From positions 22,136,001-22,200,000 of the forward strand of contig NC_087250.1 in NCBI RefSeq assembly GCF_037042905.1: a stretch of 64,000 nucleotides of DNA, written 5' to 3'. The position numbers and the translations under genes were made by a program. This document shows positions 36,201-48,378 of this stretch, piece by piece (positions within the stretch are counted from its first letter, which is position 1; every line of letters starts with the position of its first letter). Source of the DNA: Lytechinus pictus (lineage: Eukaryota). The notes beneath the pieces are model-generated. The model made no database searches. It was given only the letters and a program-made list of their open reading frames with translations, and was not told the origin of the DNA.

Positions 36201-39044
36201 AAACAATCGTAAGGTTCAACAAATTATAAAGATCTAAATTTCTCCAAATTGTTAGTAATTTCTACCTTCAAACCCCATTGCTTCGTTATTTATGTTCCAT
36301 CTTTTATCTTTCAATTTCCTGTATTTTTGATTTGTCAAGGATTATATAGCCTATACATTTCTTCAATCATAAATCTTATCTTTATCCTTTATTTCTAAAT
36401 ATGCAAAATAGGCTTCAGCTACAAGGTGTGCTGTTTTCCCGTGATTTCTTGTTCTCATTCTCGACATTATCCATGCCATCTTTACCATCATCCCTATCAT
36501 TATCATCATCATCATTTAGATTACAGGAAATTTGACGTATATTGTCGATGCTAAATGTCTTAAAGTCGAAACAAATATTTGAATAAAAATTATGTACTTT
36601 AATGGCAATAAGTCAATGGAAGGTGTTGGGGAAAGAGACGGAGGAATCTTAATCTTGATCTCAACGGAGAGAAAAGCTATTGTGCGTATCGGAACCTTTG
36701 AAAGTATTCAAATCAAAAGACGCGCGCGTGGCCCGATTTCTATGAACATCCTGTGCTAAATTGCTCTCCTCGATAATAGGTCAGGAGGGAGTGCGGATTA
36801 GACATTCCACGTGAAAGGGAGTCTGGGCATCTATTGTTCATGACTTGGTGGCATGAACAATAAAAATGCAGTCGCTATCAGACAGGTGGCTACTTTGCTC
36901 GCTTGCGGAATGAATGAAGCCTAAAGTTTGAAAATAATCAATTATTCAAAGACATAATATGCAATGGGGCCCTTTTCTTGTCTAAAATTGCCATTATATT
37001 TTCATATTCATATTGCATGATATTATCCACACGAAAAAGAATATCCGGCATGTATTGTCCATTCCTTGGCATGTACGAGATGCATAGTTGGCCCAGATTA
37101 CAGTCTGTAAATTGTCAGAATACCAGTCTTATAATGACTGTAATCACAAAATTCTAATTGCGTAATTATTCATTATATTTATCTTAATTTTGGTTACCCT
37201 GGAAGCCGGGGGGGGGGGGTCTCTTACTTCAAAACGGATCAACCTTAACATTTAAAGACAGTTTAAGAATGAGTGTTCACAAATATCAACGTTCATAATA
37301 TTTTAAACGATTCATTTGTCCGACCAGGACACCCAGTTTTTGTACTGCTGTAAAAAGTAGTTGTAGTGTAGTAGTAGTAGTAGTAGTAGTAGTTTTGTTA
37401 CTCTCATTATAATTCATTAGCTCACTGTAAATTATCGTTTATCATTTAAGCACAGAATCTATGCAAAGATATAAAAGTAAAATAAAAGTGAAAAAAAAAC
37501 ACGGCATGAAAAAGAAAGGAGAGAGAGATCAGAGATTACGAGAGATGGATAGATAGATAGATGGAAAGAGAGAGAGAGAGAAAGAGAGATGTGAGATCAG
37601 TTATTTACGTAATAATGATAACGTATGAATATTATGCTAGAATTATGTTTTGTAATAAATACATTTAATTTTGTATTCAACCTTGGTCATCACAAAAAGG
37701 GCTAAAAATCAACATAAACATTTCCACCTGACCTCACTTTTTTTGTAAGGCGAGGGGGGGGGGGGGTCAGACCACAAATACAGAACAAATAGAACTAAAA
37801 TTTCTTTTTGAAAATTTGTATTGAATTTATTTTTAGTTTGTAACTGATCTGTATTTCCTCTTCTTGATTCACGAAAAATAAACATTTTTTCTTAGTTCTG
37901 TGTACTTTGCCAAAAACGCCCATATTATTTTGTGGGATTTTACACCCCAAACCCGTTAGTATTGAATCTGTCCGATCCCTCTTTATCTATATTTCAATAT
38001 ATCATCTTTAGTTTTCTATATTTTGTCTCCTTCTGACTGGCAATAACTTTGTTACAGTACGAAAGCCCGTATAGTATGTACGACGAATCGACCCTGACAA
38101 AATATGGCCAAACTTTACACTGATTCATGCTTTTGATCGATAGTTGAGAGGGTCGCAAATGTCTGTTGCCGACACTGGATAGAAATCGCCTACATTATCC
38201 AAAACAGTATATAGTTGAGTGCATCGCACACCACAAATCGTATCCAGGTTACGATTTTTCTAAAAACATGTTTTGCATTACGACAATATTGACAAGAATT
38301 GAAATGACATAAAATTTACACTGCGCTAATAATTTTGTTTCCCCCATAGCGGTTGTTTCGGAATACAGCGCATTCTGAAAAATTACAGGGTCTTGTTTTG
38401 AAGACTACACGAATGTAAGGGTACGGTTGGCTGCACTGTGAAGATACATGGCTCTAATATATTATTGTGTGTGTTTGCGTGGGGATCGCAGCTGTGTTGT
38501 GATTGGTCACTTGATCGACGGCAATGCCCTTTTTTGGAAAGGTCGGTTTCTATTTCGTGTGTATAAACCCTCTCACATTTCAGAGGAAATAACTTGAATA
38601 GCAAAATAGTATTTCATTAAAAAGAGCATTATTTTTCATATTTCTGTTTGCTCAATTTCATCAATAGATACGTCATTTGAAAGGGTAAACATTGAACTTT
38701 AATTTTATCCTCTTAATTTTTTGGTATCTCTACAATTACTCAGGTTATTTACTCTTTGAAATGTTCATGAAACCGTAATTTTCTAGGTTTTACTTATTGA
38801 AAAAAAACTATGTAAAATATTTCATCTTTTCTCAATTTTTCCGATTGCAAATATGAAAGGTCATAACATGATCATAAAGTTCATGAACCATGCATCATTT
38901 CATATGTAGAAGGTTTCATTATACAACGTACGAGTAAAGAGATATGACCGTTTTAAAATCGGTCTCTGCTTACGTTTCGGTCAATTTAGGATTCCCTCGA
39001 ATATCCCTGGCACTATAGGGGTATTGGGCATGGCATAGTAAGAG
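33284..39044. mobile_element. TTAA-flanked (piggyBac-like) non-autonomous element filling most of an intron
   Basis: TTAA|CTCTTTAAATGCC ... GGCATAGTAAGAG|TTAA (imperfect 13-bp TIR); no transposase seen. Confidence 0.55.
34826..35890. repeat. ~470-bp tandem duplication (about 2.3 copies)
   Basis: GCCAGCAAAA...TTCCCCTACACGCTGAGCTC recurs at ~34826, ~35292, ~35766. Confidence 0.85.
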
Positions 39045-39076
39045 TTAAGTATCATTTCTTTTTTCTATTTGATCAG

Positions 39077-39214
39077 TTTGTTGGAGTAGAAGGACTCATC
39101 GCTACGATTGTGGATTTATATCCTAATACTCTTCTCAAGGGGCTTCGTCGTGAATTGTTATGTGTCTTTGTCTGCTTGGTCTTCTGTTTAGCTGGAATAC
39201 CTATATGTACCTAC
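39077..39214 (+). CDS. SLC6 transporter exon (TM8-TM9)
   Basis: gatcag|...|gtaagt, 138 nt: FVGVEGLIATIVDLYPNTLLKGLRRELLCVFVCLVFCLAGIPICTY. Confidence 0.95.
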
Positions 39215-40309
39215 GTAAGTATGTCTTTGTATTATTTTAGTCATGCAGTTTCTGTTCCTTCGCCATTTTAATAATGAAATTTGATGGCTTAATATCCAAC
39301 TGTATTTATGTTGTATGCTTTTGCAGATAATATTTGTTTAACAACGAGTACATAGATGAATATTAATATTATTGTTATGATTTTTTTGTGTATGTGTGTG
39401 TAAATTATTTTATGAAACAAGGTTAGGTGATTCCTTTTCATACAAGCTTCACTTTTGTTTCAGCAAGCCCCTCCGTTTTACTCTAAAATACAAAAATCAT
39501 CTGAGCTAGTTTAATTGTATGAATTGTGTTTATAAAACCTAGAATTATGTTATATATGAAATTATATTGTGGAATATAATTTTGTTATGTCATCAATAAA
39601 TGAATTGCAATAATTTTTGTTTCACCTTTTTTGTAACTACATCGGATCTGAGATCTACATGGAATCTAATTTATTGTGTTAAAGCACGGCATAAAATGGT
39701 ATCAAATAATCAAAGGACATCATGTCTTTAAATCTGGAAAAACAAAAGGGAGTCTCGAGAAAAAAAACCCACAAAATAGGGGGCTTTCGAAGATGCACCG
39801 GGTACGGATTCTCGAGCATAGTAAACGCTTTGAAATACCCGTCAAATCACAAAGAAACTCTGAGAGGTCTTTGTCTAAACGTGGTGAACCGGGACAGTAG
39901 ATCGTCCTAAGATTCGAAGCTTACGAAAAATTGCAAATATGTCGTTTGTCCAGAGTCACAGACGACACTGCTGTTTTGATTTACCGACATTCGACGAAAA
40001 ACTACGTAGTCGAGAGTGCTTTTTGAAATATATTCTCTATGTTCCAGAAAGCTTCGGTGTAGTGTTGTGAAAACTCCCTAATGATTCTGTAGGTACAAAA
40101 TTTGCCGACATTAAGCATATCAACGTTCATCGTATGTTTCGGGCGCCCTCTCAACCGAGAGTCCAAGAGTCCATCCGAGAGTGCAACTTTGGGTCTTTTT
40201 ATTGTTTTTAACTCTTGATGGAAAAGGGGTTCTTGGAAAATAAGTCACGATTTTTGAAAAAAGTGTAATTTACTGCTATTGATATTTCCCCTTTTGTCAC
40301 GTTATACAG

Positions 40310-40412
40310 GGAGGCATGTATATCTTCCAATTGTTCGATTATTATGCAGCCAGTGGCTTTGTTCTTCTGTGGGTTTCTATGTTTGAAAGCTTTACCATCG
40401 GATGGGTTTACG
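40310..40412 (+). CDS. SLC6 transporter exon (TM10)
   Basis: atacag|...|gtacgt, 103 nt: [34 protein letters not shown](G). Confidence 0.95.
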
Positions 40413-40499
40413 GTACGTATACGATGTAGGTCACTACAGGTCGTGACCTTTGACATAATCGTAGAATAGGGTATTCTCAAATACCGATTATGTTGCAAA

Positions 40500-41080
40500 G
40501 GTAAATTGTCAATTCGTTAACTCGTCTACTCATCACATGATGTACTTCCATTTAGTCTTATTTATACAATTCCGTCCATCAGCATTTAATCTAATAACTA
40601 TTTGGTCTAATAACCATTTGGTCCAATTATCACTTCGTATAATTACAAGTTGGTCTATGACCATTTCCTACCATAACCAGTTGGTCTGACCAGTTCGTAT
40701 AAGAGTAGGGGAAACCCCGGTGTAGTGGTCCACCTGCATTCCCCCCAATCAGTTATATCGGGAGGAGAGACCTGCGGGTCATAGTGATTCAGTTCGCTTT
40801 TCGCCTCCCAGGCACTCCCAGGCACAGGTGACGCCAAACAAATAATAATAATAATAATAGCCATTTTATTCATTCATTTCGCCCAATTAACACTTCGTCC
40901 AATCAGACCAAGTGGTATATGGACGAAAGGACTATTGGACCAATTAGTTATTAGACGAAATTGTGATTGGACGAAATGGCAATTAGACCATACGGATAGT
41001 GGATGAACTGATGGTAGACCAAATGATAGTAGCCGAATCTACATTGACGCAATGGCATTAGAACAATTAAAAATAAACCG
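40500..41080. mobile_element. Decayed inverted-repeat element with a nested ~160-bp insert
   Basis: TTGGTC/TTCGTC subrepeats on the left mirrored by GACCA/GACGAA subrepeats on the right; insert at ~40700-40860 ends in (ATA)n. Confidence 0.5.
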
Positions 41081-41154
41081 TTGTAAAACCGTTCTCTCCA
41101 TTTGGTATCATGCTGAGTTTGATTTTTAAAGATTTTCGTAATCTACTATTGATT

Positions 41155-41441
41155 AGCCCTGATCAGACATGGAATATTATTCGGAGTAATATTCTATTAT
41201 GCATGCATTAAAATTCCAAAGATGTTTCTCTTGTCAAGACAAAGCTGTTTTTGTCGGGGGAAGGGTCGTATCGAGTAGTGCTCGTCTGGACAGAGAAACT
41301 CCGACCTTACTCCGACCAGGATACTCCTGGAAATCAGTCGGAGCATCTCAAGTGGTCGTGAGATGAGAAATATCTTTGCAATTTTAATCAATGCAAAATT
41401 TGATTTTACTCCTACTGGGATCCCACATCTGATCAAGGCTA
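41155..41441. mobile_element. MITE
   Basis: TIR TAGCCCTGATCAGA / TCTGATCAAGGCTA. Confidence 0.65.
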
Positions 41442-41949
41442 TTATCATGTTGATGTATCAGTGGTGACTGAGCAGGATTCTTGAAAGGGGGAGTTAAAGC
41501 TAAATGAACGTAGTTGCAGTAAAACACTGATTTCGTGAGAAAGTCTGTAAAACCAAGGTAAAGAATTGATATATCATCGTGGATCTAGATCTGGTACAGT
41601 TACATAAACTGAACTTTGTGAAATCATAATATCTAGCTAAAAAACGATCACACTGAAGATCGCCAACACAGATAGGCACACGTGGGACAGTGTATTATTA
41701 TTGCTGGAATAAAGACCCGACGGAAGTGACCGAATTCGCGCTTATTTTGCTTATTTCTCAGCAATTACACAATTTCTTCCAGAATCCTTTGGCACATATT
41801 TTGTATTCATACACACTTTGGTGATCATAATATTAAATTCTGTAAAAAGTCATTTTGAGATCGTTTCCACAACTGGAATTTATCTTTGAAGCTGAAAGAA
41901 AGGTCTTAAACGTTATTCAAAGGGGTGGTTGAATTCTTAGGGGGGTGGG

Positions 41950-42842
41950 CACGGGCGTCGATCCATTTTTCAGATTGGGGGGGGGGGCGAAATCATAATC
42001 AACGTTCCAAAGGCGCTCGATCACACAAAACAAACAAACTCACCCACACAGACACACACATGCATATATATGTATATATATTATATATATATATATATAT
42101 ATACACGTATATGTATGACTCATGAGAAACAGACACATATCTCATCAACAAATTAATGCAAGCGCGAAGCGCGAGCTGAAATTTTATACTATACTGACCT
42201 GAAAACAGGAAAGAGGTACCTGTTTAGGACTGTTTGTAGTAACTCATAAGGAGGATACATATCCCACTACACAGATATTGCGAGTGCGAGCTGAAATTTT
42301 TTTCATACTCTGACCTGAAAGCTTGACATTCTAAGCATTTTTGGTACCAATTATTAAGATGGGTATCTAAAAGAATAAATGCGAGCGCGAAGCGCGAGCT
42401 GAAATTTTGATATTTCAATCTGGAAAAAATTGACCGTTTATTAATAAAGAACAATATATATATCCAACAAAAGATTATTGCAAATCGAAGCGGGAGTTCT
42501 TTTGAGGTTTAGAACTGAAAACGGGACATTCTGTTCACCTATTTAATCATGAAAAATATGGGTTTTTGCTACAGAAATTATGCGAGCGCGAAGCGCGAGC
42601 TGAAATTTTTTTTATTCCAATCTGAAAAGCGGACATTTTAAGCACGATTTTAAATAAAATATGAGTTGTGTATCTCAATATCGCTTGCTGATATCTGAGT
42701 AACATTACAATCTTATTTTATTTTTTGCACATGCGGAATTATTGGGGGGGGGGCAAAACGATATGTTTGCCCCCCCCCCAATATTTTCATTGGTGGGGCG
42801 ATCGCCCCCTCCTGCCCCCCCCCCCCAGGATCGACGCCTCTG
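41950..42842. mobile_element. hAT-type non-autonomous element nested in an older CAGTGG..CCACTG element (~41459-42900)
   Basis: TIR CACGGGCGTCGATCC / GGATCGACGCCTCTG; 8-bp flanks GGGGTGGG / GGTGTGGG; internal GCGAGCGCGAAGCGCGAGCTGAAATTT repeats. Confidence 0.75.
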
Positions 42843-42925
42843 GGTGTGGGTATTTTAAGGGGGCGAACACCTGTAACCCCCTCCCCTGCATGCGCCACTG
42901 TGATGTATTGTGTTTTTGTATATAG

Positions 42926-43029
42926 GTGGGCGTCGATTTATGAAGAATGTAACAGAGATGTCAGGTGTTAGATGGATTGCTCCTTACATGATAGCATCGT
43001 GGATCTGTCTCTCTCCACTCTTTACCTCC
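42926..43029 (+). CDS. SLC6 transporter exon (TM11)
   Basis: tatag|...|gtgagt, 104 nt: (G)GRRFMKNVTEMSGVRWIAPYMIASWICLSPLFTS; phases match both neighbours. Confidence 0.9.
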
Positions 43030-43409
43030 GTGAGTATAACTGCAGAACTATGGTGTTAGTTTAACCATGTTAACGATAATATAAACGCTGTTACTTTTAA
43101 ATGACCCTACGAGATAAGTGATGTAGTAACGCCATTTTGGTTTGTAATACACGAAATACATTTATCAAGATGATTTTCAATCAAATATTTCTGAAAGTTC
43201 ATAGACAATCAAAATAAGGAATACCAAACGAAAGGCAAGATCCTAGACCCTCGTTTAATATTTGTTGGATTTTCCTCAAGACTTCACCAATTACCCTTTT
43301 GACACGCACTGTATTGGGGTTTCCCATGACTAGAAACCATCGTGGAAACAAAATGATAAATCCATATTCTTGGTAATAGCGAAATTCCGATCCCCCCCCC
43401 CCCATTGAT

Positions 43410-43565
43410 CGTCGGCCCGGCAGCCACTGTGCAGCGCCAGATCGACACAAAACAGGATAACAGCAGCTCCCATGTTTTCACGTTTTGGGGCTGGACTTGC
43501 CATGCAGGGTTTGAACTCTCGACCTCCAGGTTGTGAGCCGGTCGCTCCACCACCTGAGCCAACAC
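43410..43565 (-). mobile_element. tRNA-derived SINE fragment
   Basis: Minus strand: TGGCTCAGGTGG (A box) ... GAGTTCAAACCC (B box), followed by a non-tRNA body. Confidence 0.6.
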
Positions 43566-43641
43566 ACTGATAATGATTGTTACAATTTATTGTAATTAAC
43601 TTTTGTAATTTATACATTTTTATGATCTCCATCTTTTGCAG

Positions 43642-43815
43642 GCAATCTTTGTCTTTAGCCTGGTGAAATACAAACCCCTGACGTACAATAATACATACGT
43701 GTACCCATGGTGGGGCTATATGATCGGCTGGATGCTCGCCCTCGTTTCCATGGTCAACATCCCTATCGTCTTCTTCTATCAGTTGATCTTCAGCGCCCAC
43801 GGATCCCTGATTGAG
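43642..43815 (+). CDS. SLC6 transporter exon (TM12)
   Basis: ttgcag|...|gtaaca, 174 nt: [41 protein letters not shown]...GSLIE. Confidence 0.95.
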
Positions 43816-43833
43816 GTAACATTCAGTCATAAT

Positions 43834-44076
43834 CAGTGGCGGATCCAAGGGGGGTCCCGTCCCCTGCTCCCCCCTTGAGGGCCATAGTCAATATCATCAG
43901 TGTAAATATGTCATTCATATCAAGTGTGCCCCCCCCCCCCCCATCCCCGCCCCTTGAGAGTCACAGCAAATTTATTTGCTGGGAATATGTCATTAATACA
44001 CAAGTATTGTAAAATTGTAAAACATTTCTTGGAAAAATGTGCCCCCCCCCCTTTGAAAATCCTGGATCCGCCCCTG
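43834..44076. mobile_element. hAT-type MITE
   Basis: TIR CAGTGGCGGATCCA / TGGATCCGCCCCTG; flanks GTCATAAT / ATCATAAT. Confidence 0.8.
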
Positions 44077-44661
44077 ATCATAATTCGTTTTTGTATGCCC
44101 ATACTAGAAACTTCACGTTTTCTGGGTGACAATAGGGAGTTTTCTTCTTCTTTGCGATGGCAATGAGGACGGATTCTACATCATTGAAAATCTATTGTCA
44201 AATGCTGTTCATGACAAAGCAGTCTTTGTCGAAAATTGCTGAATTAAAGTGGCAATTTAGTCCGTGACTCTGGATAGATGACATATTTGCATTTTTTGTA
44301 TATCAGCTCAGAATTTTACGAGCAGTGTTACTCTAACAGAATATAAATGGTAATTTCGAAATCATTATCCCATATATCATGTAACGTGGTTGTTCCGTGT
44401 TGGACCTATATACACATCATGAATGTAGAATCTACATTAATGGGTCAATGTTAGGCCAATTTTATACCAGAATCTTTCATTTCTTTTTTATCATGATGAA
44501 AATGCATCTTATATATATAGATGCATTTCACTTAACTCTCACGATATGAATTACACGATAGTGCCAAGCGAAAATCAACAGTCTTTTTGATAAATCAAGA
44601 TTTAATTCAAGGTTTCCTTGTCTCATTGTGTCTTATAATTCACTTTTTATTAATACTTCAG

Positions 44662-44883
44662 CGGTGGAATGTCCTTACCACACCGTACCTGCCTCACTGC
44701 CGAAGCGAAACAGTCAACGCCCCCAACGTCCACGTGGTCGAGCCTAGCTTTCTAAATATTGAACTTGGCCTCAACAGCAAGGCCAACAGCGATGTGATAA
44801 AGAACTGTGACAGCGACATGCCTCCACCGCCTTACGATGAATCTGTTGGGGCTCATGATCACGATGCCATAAACAGTGTCTAA
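44662..44883 (+). CDS. SLC6 transporter last coding exon (cytoplasmic tail)
   Basis: cttcag|RWNVLTTP...DMPPPPYDESVGAHDHDAINSV*; phase 0 fits; AATAAA at 45091, ~45465 and ~45483. Confidence 0.85.
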   Translation, partial: RWNVLTTPYLPHCRSETVNAPNVHVVEPSFLNIELGLNSKANSDVIKNCDSDMPPPPYDESVGAHDHDAINSV

Positions 44884-47030
44884 TAACAAGACTTTCTCTG
44901 CATTCAACTGGTTGGTGATAAGATCATCTGACAATCACGTGATCTACATTGCTGTATACATGCATGATTGCGCATTAATTCGTCATTATGTTGTTATAAT
45001 TGATATGATGGTTTTATGTTGTATATGCGAATACATATTAATATGAAATTTTTTAGCGCGCCCCTTGGGTTGTTCTCATGGCCGCAGGTGAATAAAGACT
45101 GACGTAATCTCAAAGTCGCTTAGTATAATTTCTTCTTCTTACTCATGTAACTTGATATTTGCTCAATCCGTGGCGATTGCGAAATTGTTCTTATCGATAT
45201 CAAGGGGTAGCCAATTATAGTGGACATGGTATTACTTTGACTAGCAGTTGGCCCACAACTAGCGAGATGAAATATTCTTTCTTTAATTGCATTCCTGATC
45301 TTGGAAGAATACTCTCCAAATGCTTAACCATAAAATGATATGAACAGGGTATTTCTGAAAATCAATTAGATTTTTTGTTTTTATATATATATATATGACT
45401 TGTTTAATGTTTTTTGTAATGTATTACATGTATTTTGCATTTGAATGGTTTGTGGAGAAATATTGAATAAAGATTTTCTTTGAATAAAACATCCACATTC
45501 GCGTTGCAAACAACTTGTACTCTGTGCTGCAAGGGCAGCGATCTTGGGGGCACTGTGCCCCCACACTTTTTGAAGCACTGAAAAGGTGCCCTTTTACCCA
45601 AGAAAAATACCCGTTAATGAACGTATACTGTGCCCCTTTCACCTAAGGAGGACCCCTTTTTAGGTGTCACTAAGTGCCCTTTGCTCGTATCTGCCATTTT
45701 TTACAAAAAATGCCCCCCCCCCATAAACGTGTTCTGTGCCCCTTTCACTTGAGGAAGGGGCCCGTTTTATGTGTGAGAAAGTACCCCTTTGCCTATTCAT
45801 AGGTGCCCTTTTTCGTATCAGTACCCCCTTTTACCCCTCAAGTACGTTCCACCCTGTTACACCCACAAATGTAATAATCGCCCACAAATGTAATAACGCC
45901 CACAAATGTAATTACACTTTACCCACAAATGTAATCACGCCCACAAATGTAATAACACTTTACCCACAAATGTAATAATGCACTTTACCCACAAATGTTA
46001 TAATTTTTGATCGCCCACAAATGTAATAATGACTTTACCCACAAATGTAATAAATTTGAAGGGATTTTTTGCGAATCCGTTCTAAACTAAAGTCCTATAG
46101 TAATGCGTATCCCGCCACAAGCATATGCTTCTAGGGACCTACGCCTTCCTCTGTACACATAAGTTGTATATATTTATATTCTTTATGGAAATTGATTTCA
46201 TATGAATTATTGTTAACAAAAATGAAGAAATTTTGTAAAATGGAGGAAAATAAGTGTTTATTTGAAAAAAATTGAAATAAAGCACAAAAGTGTTAAGTCT
46301 TTTTCCAGACCCGGTTAATTCTAAAATTATAATATAAGTCCGAAGTCTTTTTTCCAGACCCGGTTGTTTAAAAAAATATAATATAAGTCCAACCTAAGAT
46401 ACGATAATGATATTCCAGTGGAATAAATGAGAATCGAGGTTAGTCTTTTCTCCAGACCCGGTTAGTTATAACGAAAAACTAAAACCCTTTACCAACAAAT
46501 GCAATAATGACTTTACCCACAAATGATATAAATTTGAAGGGATTTTTGGCGAATCTGTTCTAAACTAAAACCCTATAGCAATGCGTTCATATAGCACAAA
46601 GTCGTAGTCTTTTTTCTCTAGACCCGGTTATATAAAACATTTAAACAATCTTCCAAATAAAGATCCCAAAATTAATTCTTCTTAATGTTGAATAACATAG
46701 AAGTTTAGCGTAGTCTTTCCTCAAGACCCAAATATTTCAAATAGCAAATGAAAAATAATAAATAATAATAAAAAAACAACAAGACCCCACGATCTTATTA
46801 ATGTTGAACAAAATGTAAATATAACATAGTCTTTCCTCCAGACCCAGTAATAAACAAATCATTCAAAAACAAAGCAACAACAACAACCAAAAACAGACCC
46901 TGCAATGTTTTCAACATTGAATAGCATCGAAATATGGTGTAGTCTTTGTTCCAGCCCCGGTTATTTCAAAATAGCAAATCATAAAGAACGATATTAACAA
47001 AGACCCTACAATCTCATTGGTGTTGAATAA

Positions 47031-47083
47031 CTTCTTCTTCTTCTTCTTTCCTTGGTTGGCAACCAGTCAGGATTGACTATTTT
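47031..47083 (-). mobile_element. 3'-end stub of the same I-group LINE
   Basis: (CTT)n-TCCTTGGTTGGCAACCAGTCAGGATTGACTATTTT, identical to ~47330-47380. Confidence 0.85.
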
Positions 47084-48378
47084 AACTTAAAAATATAGCA
47101 TAGTCTTTCTTCAAGACCCAGTTATTTTTAAATAACAAATCATAAAAAACGATATATAAAAAGAATAAAACAAAGGCCCCACAATCTTATTGATGTTGAA
47201 TAACATGGAAATATAGCGTAGTCTTCCCTCCAGACCCACTTATTTTTTTAAAAATACAAATCATTTTTAAAGAGTCAACAAGTAACAAAGACCCCTACTA
47301 TCTTATTAATGTTAAAAATAGCTTCTTCTTCTTCTTCTTCTTCTTTCCTTGGTTGGCAACCAGTCAGGATTGACTATTTTTGCCACAGCTTTTGTTCAAT
47401 TTCAACAGCTTGTTATTCTTGTTATTTTTCTTTTCTTTTCTTCTGTTTTCTTTTCTTTTCTTGTTATTTTTCTTTTTTTTTCTTTTTTCCTCTTATTTTT
47501 TTTTTCTTTCTTTTTCCTTTTTCTCTCTTCTCTTTTTTTTCCTTTTCTTTTTCTTTTCTTTTCTCTTTTTTCTTTTCATTTCCTTTTTTTCTTTTCTTTT
47601 CTATTGTTCTCTTTTTTCTTTTCTTGTTTCATTCTTTCTCTTTTCTTTTCTTTTCTTCTTATATAGACATATTGTATTTTTTGTCCTTTTAAAATAAGAA
47701 TTTTCCTTTTTTTTTCTTTTTTTTTATGCGTTCTGTTTCTTGCAGCACGTTGTATTTCCTTCTGCTACATTAAGCTGCAATAGAGAAAACAAAAGTAAAC
47801 TGGATTTGTGGCCTGATAAAACTTCAGGTTTCGGGACACCGAAAACTAAAGTATGGGATGAAAGTGCAAAAAAAAAAAAAAAAAAAAAACAAGCAAACAA
47901 ACAAACTTGAAAACAAAACCAAACAAACCAACAAATAAACAACAAAACTTCTCTCTTCATTCTTAACTCCTTTCTGTCCCCCCTGACAAATCACCAAATT
48001 AAAGAACTCGGATAATTAGCAACGGGTAAGGAAGGGAAAAAAGAATATGGGGGAAAAAAAAAAAAAAGAGAGAAAAACAGGATCCACGACGATCGCTGAG
48101 CTCCGCGTTACGGGCTATCTGTTGTCGATGTAGTAAAATGACATATAATCAAAATGTATAGGACCATAGGAAAGTGAGTAAAAATCGACCATGTGTCTGC
48201 ATCTTCTTTTGCTTTGTGTCTCCCTTTTATAGATTTAACGCTTGTAGAAAAAAAAATTAATAATAATAATGAATAAATAAATAAATAAAAATACAAAATT
48301 AGGGGGCGGAGAAAATTCAGACTTTATAATCGTTTCGTTCTGAGAACGAAACGGACCAATGCAGATTGGGAGTCTACC

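Noticed and set aside
43330..43848. 172-aa minus-strand ORF, and the + strand ORFs at 48661-53416
   Set aside because: Antisense shadows of the SLC6 exon and of the LINE ORFs.
47309..47697. Phe-rich ORFs
   Set aside because: Antisense of the LINE's A-rich 3' UTR.
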